From assembly GCF_000143415.4 (NCBI RefSeq), contig NW_003314267.1, positions 296,908 to 360,907 on the forward strand: a stretch of 64,000 nt of DNA, read 5' to 3'. The position numbers and the translations under genes are program-made. The notes under the pieces were generated by a model that searched no databases, was not told the origin of the DNA, and saw only the letters and a list, made by a program, of their open reading frames with translations. Source of the stretch: Selaginella moellendorffii (taxonomy: Eukaryota > Plantae > Lycopodiophyta). Below, one piece after another: positions 57,350-64,000 of the stretch (within the stretch, counting starts at the first letter, position 1; the number at the start of each line of letters is the position of its first letter).

Positions 57350-58591
57350 ATGATCGCGGCTCTTCCCAGCTACAGCAGCAGCGCCCTGGGCGATGATCAC
57401 GACGAGCAGCAGAGCTCCTTCCAGGGCGGGATCCTGGAGGTGCGCGTCCACGACGCGCAGGGGATCCACAACATTTGTATCTACGACAAGCAGGACGTTT
57501 TCGCGAAGTTCTCCTTCACGCACGGCAAGGCCGAGCCCGTTTGCACGCAAGTGATCGCCAAGGCCGGCAAGAACCCCGTCTTCAACGAGAGCTTCCAGCT
57601 GCCCGTGACGCGCCCAAACTCGGTGCTCAAATGCGAGATGTGGATGAGCAGCCGAGCTCACAGCTACCTCGAGGACCAGCTCCTGGGCTTCGCGCTCGTT
57701 CCTCTCTCCAGCTTGGCTTCCAAAGGCCAAGACCAGCCGGAAGCATACGGTCTCTCCTCCACCGAGCTCTTCCACTCCCCGGCCGGGATCGTCCGCCTCA
57801 CTTTAGCGTTTCGGGAGGGAGCTCTCGCATCGGATGATCACGCCTCGCCTGCCGATCAATGCTCGCCAGGTCCGGTGGTCGGGGTGAAGAAAAAAAAGCA
57901 CGGGTTCATCAAGGTGTTCGAGGATGGCCACGCGAGTTCTTCGTCCGGGTCGGAGTCGCCACCTTGGCAGGGTGATGGCGGCGAGTTTGAGAGGATCGAG
58001 TTCCCGGACTTGCAAGCCGCGTCCGAGGATCAGCAGCTGGTGTCGAGCTACCTGGAGATATCTTCCTCGTCGCACAAGAGCAGTGGGATCGTCACGGGGC
58101 CCTCGCTCCTGTTCGAGGCGAAAAGCTCGAGCAAGGATCATGATTCCGGGAACTTAACGAGCAGTCACCATCACCAATACCACCGAGCAGCTGAGAAGAA
58201 CACCTCGCCTTCGAGCAGCGAAGTGGGCACCACTTGCTCCGACGATCATGATCAGTCGAGCGACAGCAGCGGTGTGAGCTCTGGGCCTCCAAGCGATCAT
58301 CATGGATCGGGGGAGAGCTGCAAAGCGCAGCCGCCGTGCCGTGGAACCAGCCAGGAGGCGTCGTCGTCATCGATCAGCAGCGACTCTCCGGACATGCAGC
58401 AGCAGTTCGTGGACATGTACATGAAGAGCATGCAGCAGTTCACGGAGGCGCTGGCCAAGATGCAGCTCCCGCTCGATCTGGATCGCAAGGATACCTCCAC
58501 TCCAAACGCCAAGAAGAGCAAGTCCCACCAGGACAGTGGTGATCATGGCAAGAACCACCGGGTTTTCTATGGCAGCCGAGCCTTTTTTTAA
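57350..58591 (+). CDS. Plant C2-domain protein of the family ending VFYGSRAFF
   Basis: C2 domain with IHNICIYDKQDV, NPVFNE, YLEDQLLGFALVPL, LFHSPAG; IEFPDL; VDMYMKSMQQFTEALAKMQLPLD; terminal RVFYGSRAFF. Confidence 0.9.
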   Translation: MIAALPSYSSSALGDDHDEQQSSFQGGILEVRVHDAQGIHNICIYDKQDVFAKFSFTHGKAEPVCTQVIAKAGKNPVFNESFQLPVTRPNSVLKCEMWMSSRAHSYLEDQLLGFALVPLSSLASKGQDQPEAYGLSSTELFHSPAGIVRLTLAFREGALASDDHASPADQCSPGPVVGVKKKKHGFIKVFEDGHASSSSGSESPPWQGDGGEFERIEFPDLQAASEDQQLVSSYLEISSSSHKSSGIVTGPSLLFEAKSSSKDHDSGNLTSSHHHQYHRAAEKNTSPSSSEVGTTCSDDHDQSSDSSGVSSGPPSDHHGSGESCKAQPPCRGTSQEASSSSISSDSPDMQQQFVDMYMKSMQQFTEALAKMQLPLDLDRKDTSTPNAKKSKSHQDSGDHGKNHRVFYGSRAFF

Positions 58592-58670
58592 GTGCTGGTC
58601 AGAATAGATATCATGAATGACACAAGCTATGGAGTGATTTGATTTTCAAAGCCTTCAAAAGAAAAAGTAA

Positions 58671-59099
58671 TTATCTTTTCATTCTCGACCTAAGATTAGT
58701 GGAGGAGGTGGTGAAGGAAACGGTCTGGAGAGGGCTTCCACAATGGTACTGCTGGATGCAGTTGTCCATGGGCTTCACCAAGGGATTCCTCTGCAGCACG
58801 AGCATGAAATTGCAAGTGTGGTTCTAACCAGAGCTGCCTGCTGGAATGTTTGCAATCCAAAGGTTGACGTAGGGGTAATTCAAGAACGCAGTCGCTAGTG
58901 CTTTTTGATCTGCCATTACCACCAAGAAGAGACAAGGATTACCATTTCCACAAAATCCTTCAATGTCAACCGTGGGGGGTGAATTGGTGCTGCTCAAAGG
59001 GATGAAACTGCCATTCCCAACCGTGGTAGAACCATATTGTACAAGCAAACTTATGGCTGCATGAGCACTCAAGAGGCACAAAAGGAAGCAAGACAACAT
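58671..59099 (-). pseudogene. PEBP-like (RKIP/FT-TFL1 fold) gene with a signal peptide; degenerate, with an in-frame stop
   Basis: LLVQYGSTTVGNGSFIPLSSTNSPPTVDI..LFLVVMAD..LWIANIP follows the PEBP pattern. DPDxP is replaced by DQKAL. Stop at 58824-58826, followed in frame by NHTCNFMLVLQ, which resembles HRYxFxLxxQ. Confidence 0.55.
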
Positions 59100-60194
59100 C
59101 GTAGACTGCCATTGTATATACACAAAATGAAATGTTTTGGTTCGAGAGATTATTTTATGTGGTCAATCCAGAATTATGCGGTTTTACAGTTAAATTTCTT
59201 AACATCTCAAATAATGAGGTTTAGTCAAAGCGCGAGAGGCTTAAAAATCGTCCTAGGTATCTGCAGTTTCATTTTTCTCTGTTTCCTCTAAGAACTTTTT
59301 CCTTTTTGTGTGTTTGCAGAGTAGCTCAGCGAAGAGCATGAAGAGCGAGTCGGAGCACGTTGCTCCACCGGTTCTCACACCGGCAGGCTTGAAGATCATC
59401 CTTCACGCTCGTCCAGCAAGCGTTGTCCATAGCTCTGATCTAGTGGCCACACCCTTGGTGGAGCACGGGCTTTGGAAGACCGGCCGCAACAAGGCCAGCA
59501 GCGGTGGCATGGCCTTAAGGTGCCAACGGCGGCAGCAAACCTCCAGGTGGCTAAGGAAGAGATAGAGATCAAGGAGCAACGTTACGATGAGGAGGTGAGT
59601 TTGTTCTTTGTTTCTTAGCAGTGAAGTATGAGAATTTACGTGCTCGTATGTGCAGAGTCCAGTACGGGTGGAGCAGGAGCTGTGGAAATGCACCTCCTCC
59701 TTAGTCACGAGGCTTTCCCACAAGAATAGCGAGGATGGCGAGGATGAGTTCCAGGTAGCCTTCCACAGCTTGAGCAAAGGTTCCAGGGGCTTCCAAGTAA
59801 CAACGAGGCCAAAAGCACTAACAGCAGTGAAGTCTTTAATAATTCCACTTGCATGTGGGTTCCAGATCCAACGAGAGCACCTTACAAGTCTAGCAAGGAG
59901 TTTCAAGCAGCTCTGAATGAGGCAGAAGCAAGACAAGGTGGTTTGTTATGGACGCCGGCACCGCCAGCAGCTCCAACACCATTGGTGTGGCGATGGCTCC
60001 CCCGGAGCTTTAATGTGAACACGAGCAATGGGTTAACACCTTGTTGCAAATCATCTCTCCAAGAGAAAATGATTTACATGTTGCCTGGTCAGGATGGTGG
60101 GAAGTCCAAGACTGAAAACGCTCGAAAAGAAGCGGTGCAGGAGGGAGAAACGACACTATCAAACTCGCTGTGGGTTTGGTATCGCAATGATGCT

Positions 60195-60360
60195 AGCCAG
60201 CAGCAACAACATGGAGAGCTTGCTCCACAGCAGCAGCGTCATGGAGAGTTCGCTCAGCAGCAGCAACGTCTTGGAGAGCTTGCTTTACGATGCCAGCAGC
60301 AGCAGCAACAACAACATGGAGAGCTCACTCAGCAGCAGCAGTGTCATGGAGATCTTGCTT
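60195..60360 (+). repeat. Imperfect CAG-rich tandem repeat (CAGCAGCARCRTCATGGAGAGYTYGCT units) in an unassigned ORF
   Basis: About five QQQxHGEL-type units; no recognisable family. Confidence 0.7.
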
Positions 60361-62069
60361 TCTGACGCCCAAGATCATGAGTTTCTTTTTGTTTTAGATT
60401 AAGTGTGAATAATTAATAAAATTAATAATAATCCCTTTAACCCAGTGTCAAGGAGGAAAAATTTTCAAATAGCAGTGATGACAATTAACACTAGAGTATG
60501 TAAAAGCTCAAATCCCTAAGCATCAATATTTTCTCCATACTCATTTGTTTTGGTGTTTATAAAGTTTTGCTCTATATTTTTTGGTTCATTATCTAGAACA
60601 AAGAGTGAGCATAGAGAGTGGGGTGTTAAATATAAGAGGAAGTGTGGAAGAGAGAATTAAGTTATTCCTACCATAAAACTAACAAAATAAAAGGGAGGTG
60701 AAAATCCAAAGACACAAGTGTAGTAGTTTATTTAAGATGTTTTGAAGTAAGAGGTGCTAGCATGATGTCAAAGGGTTAAAAAGTGTGCATGTGTCAAGTT
60801 AAAATCAGATTTCCCTTTATTCTATATTAAATGTGATTAATTAATAAAGATTAACAATAACCCCAAAGTTTTGTCATTTATATATCAATTGTGGGAGAGA
60901 AAATATAAGAGAGGGCTTGGGTGGAAATCAAACAGTAAATGAGTAACATGATAGAAACACTATGAATATGTCAATGCTAAGACAAATTTTCGGATGGCTA
61001 TGGTAATAATTAACATTAAGGCATGAGGAAGTTTAAATCCCTATGCAACAATGGTTTTCCTGTCCTTGCTTGTTTTAGTGTTTGTGGAGTTGCAGCAACG
61101 ATGTGGAGAACTTGCTCAACAGCAGTAAAAGCTCTCCTCACGCCAGCAGCAACAGGATCAAAAGCTCAACTCACGCCAACAGCAACAGGATCAAAAGTTT
61201 GCCTTGCACCTGCGCAGTATGGAGAGCCCGCTTCACACCAGCAGCCCCTGCTGTTTGTACATGAGGCCAGAGATCCAAGTTTGCAAGCAGCAATCTTGGA
61301 ATTCGAGGATATCACCGCTACACCACGACCACTTCTTCAGCTGTATGGTGTCAACTTCCATGCAACGGCCCTTGCGGCGATGCCAGTGATATTTCCAACT
61401 CTTGTCGGTATAGCAGTGGCGATGATCTTTCTGTTTGCGTTGTCGGACATGAAGAGGGGCTTATCAAGCCTCTGGGGACAGGCCAGCAGGTGTGCTAGGC
61501 AGCTTTCGACCTGTTTCTGGCACTCTCTCCCAAGGAAAAAGCCATTACCGACCATCTTAGGCAAGCTGGGGCATGCCCTCAATTCTCGATAAACATCCAC
61601 CTCTATAGTGAACGAGTTCCGGAACATCTGCTTGAGAGCTCCTCAAACACCATCCATAACCATGGCGACATGTAAAGCTGCTGAACGATTTGTAAACTAA
61701 AGCGCCCCGTGGAAGCTGAGAAATCGGCTGTAGAGGGCCAAGGTAACCTCATACCTGGAAAGGTTCCTTTCTCTTGCCCAGTCTCGGTCTCTGTTGCCCA
61801 AGGTCAGACTCTCCTCCATGGAATATGAGAGTCGAAAGGTACTACAAGAAAAACCTGGGCAATCTGCTGAATAGGCAGCGGCTGCGCTGCCGACATAACC
61901 AGTCGCTCCTCTGGAAGAAGACCTTCATAAAAAGGAAGCAGTTCAGCAATTCAATCAATCACGCAATCATGCATAGTACCTCAGACTGGCAAAAGAGAGT
62001 GTGAGCACGGTGGTGGTATCGAATCAAGCAAAGTCTTTCTTAGCTCACCTAGGTACCTGGAAAGAATGA

Positions 62070-62440
62070 TCTTGAGCTGTGAAAGGAGCCACTGCTGCCC
62101 GTTGCCAAACTTATACATCTCCGCGAACTTCCATCGCCCCATCCAAACGTTGGCCTGCTCTTTACCATAGGCATCGTTGAATATGGGCCGGATCAAGTCC
62201 GCATTCTCAGACTGCCCTCAAATGCTTAGCCACTGGCTTTTCTCTTTAGAAACTCAAGCCTTACCTTGCCTTCCATCAATACACCAGTGATCAACAATGG
62301 ATAGATCATCCTGGTTGAGTCAGGACAATTGTTAATCACTGAGAGTTTTCCCAAACTGGTATCTGACCTAAAAGTTAAGAAGCATCCATTCAGAAAGTAT
62401 TTTCCAATCCAAGTTACCATCTCATCACCTTGAGTTTTCC
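62070..62440 (-). pseudogene. 3' exons of a coclaurine N-methyltransferase-like SAM methyltransferase (decayed)
   Basis: WIGKYF, DDLSIVDHWCIDGRQ, IRPIFNDAYGKEQANVW..W.FAEMYKFGNGQQWLLSQ resemble CNMT-family C-termini (WITRYFF, DVSI.DHW.V.G.H, TYGK..A.KW..YW..AELFGYNNGEEW). Confidence 0.6.
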
Positions 62441-62593
62441 TACATCAACATGTAAGTCGAGGCGCAAAGATGCCACCAATCATGCAATGACCGGCAAAAG
62501 AAAAAAACAAACATAACTTTGGTCAGAAAAATGCTCACGAAAAGAACACGACAAGAGGAGAAAGAGGAGAAAGAATGAAGTTGAATCAATTAC

Positions 62594-63165
62594 CTGAAGA
62601 TAGTATCGACCATCCGTCCAAAGCGCAGCCTTCTCCAAGGTGATCACAGAAGTTTCTGCGCTTCCCGTGAATCCTGAAATGTAAGCCCGTCGCGTGAAGC
62701 ACTCGGCTATAAATTCACTCTGCATACGCAGCAGTGAGCTACTTACAGAAAAGAAAAGAGGAAATAAGAAAAAAAAATTCTAGACTCCTTGATTCTCTTT
62801 CTCAAGGAAGACGCAAGTACCTGGTGAGCGTCCTCCGAAGGCACGATGTAAGCTTGGACACCCGAGTCACTCATCAATTTCCTCAAATCCGCCAGCTTCT
62901 TATCAGGAACAAATTCCTCGTCTTTGACATTCTTCCTCGCATTCCTGACGGACGAAGGCTCTGCCGTGATCCCGGGCCCCGGATTCCTGGGTCCCGAACA
63001 CAATGCTGTGAGATTTCGTCTTCGAGACGGCATTGCCATGGAAATCGAAGAGGAGCGTCTGATTGCGGCACCAATGCCCCTGCGCGCTGCAGCAGCTGAC
63101 TGGCGGCCCGGGCGATTGGAAATCCAAATACACCTCAGCAATCGCGCGCTCCCGAGCAGCACCAT
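62594..63165 (-). pseudogene. First two exons (63165-62821, 62719-62594) of an organelle-targeted aminopeptidase P; remaining exons absent
   Basis: Transit-peptide-like N-terminus, KLADLRKLM..AYIVPSEDAHQ|[31 protein letters not shown]. No downstream peptidase M24 exons are visible. Confidence 0.8.
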
Positions 63166-64000
63166 CGCGGGAGGGCGAGGAGCCCTAGAGCTTGAACAAA
63201 ATTTTCTTCAGCTCCATTTTTTAACCAGCTCTCGATTCCAAGGACGAAAATAATTCGATAAACATCCTCCGACCTAATATTTCTCCATCTATACATATAA
63301 AGTGGAGGCCCGCCAGCCGTTGGATCCCAGGCCCGGGCCAGGGTTGGTAGCCATGATTGTGCAAGAAATTTTTCTACTGTTATCCCTGGCCAGTGGGAGA
63401 ACACCACAGCTCTAGTGTGCATTGGCTCCGAGCAAGGCAAGATAGACATCTGACATGTGTCACTAGTAGTGTCCTGCCCTGTGCCTGTTCTTTTTAGCTT
63501 GCCCTAGATGCCCTTCTGCAATCGAGCTAATGGTGGCTTGCCGGATCAGTGGCAATCGCAGCAATTGCACTTCTTCCTGCAGAGATCCATGTTCAACATT
63601 GGGCCAGCAACTGCTAATTTGGCCCCCAACCACAACAATTTAGATTTTTGTGTGATGTGGAAATTTGAGACATCTTCATTTGGGTTTGTGGATGCCATTG
63701 AGTGGCAAAGCTGGAGCCAGACCCAGCCTTCAACACAGCAAGAACCATCAGAGAGTTTGCAGTCCCTATTCTTTTGCAAGAGAGAACAAGCTCACCTCTA
63801 GTGTCATTGTATTCTCCAAAACTTTAACTAGCTTCCCATCGAGTTCCTTGCCTTCTTCTCCAGCCGCCAGGCCCTTGAAAGCAAATGTTCTTGCCCGTTC
63901 TCTACATTCAGGGTGTTCTAGGAGACAAGCATGAAGCTCTTGATTGGCAAATCGAGCTCATTTGCACTTCTACAATGGTGGTGATGGTTAAAATGCAATA

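Noticed and set aside
63451-63470. Helitron 3' end (TGACATGTGTCA hairpin then CTAG)
   Set aside because: The hairpin is short and directly abuts CTAG without the usual spacer; no 5' end identified.

Overview
Plant nuclear DNA. Very short introns (49-70 bp), dense GC-rich genes and the gene repertoire suggest a compact-genome land plant, probably the lycophyte Selaginella (inference, not proven). Layout: (i) 1-~11.5 kb is decayed AT-rich retrotransposon DNA containing a solo LTR with a 5-bp TSD. (ii) 12.4-34.2 kb is a gene island: NPF7-like transporter, 2OG-Fe(II) dioxygenase, COX6B, LRR-X receptor kinase, TRF-like Myb, QSOX, NSP2-like GRAS, alliinase/TAR-like aminotransferase, Bfr1/PPI-like coiled-coil gene and an orphan NLS gene. 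(iii) 35.5-53.5 kb is a nested retrotransposon cluster: a decayed chromovirus, nested LTRs of a related family with hexamer arrays, two 193-bp LTRs carrying a 5S-rRNA-derived Pol III promoter block (Cassandra-type TRIM), and another Ty3/gypsy relic. (iv) 53.6-64 kb has a decayed duplicate of the orphan gene, SPF45/DRT111, a C2-domain gene and several gene fragments (signal-peptide PEBP-like, CNMT-like methyltransferase 3' end, aminopeptidase P 5' end). Most notable: the Cassandra-type LTRs share termini and primer type with the neighbouring chromovirus (candidate autonomous partner); the chromovirus 3' UTR has paired tRNA T-arm/B-box hairpins that recur in an older relative; and a perfect ERSE-I plus UPRE sits between the Bfr1-like gene and the orphan gene. 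All alignments were done by eye; no database searches were run.
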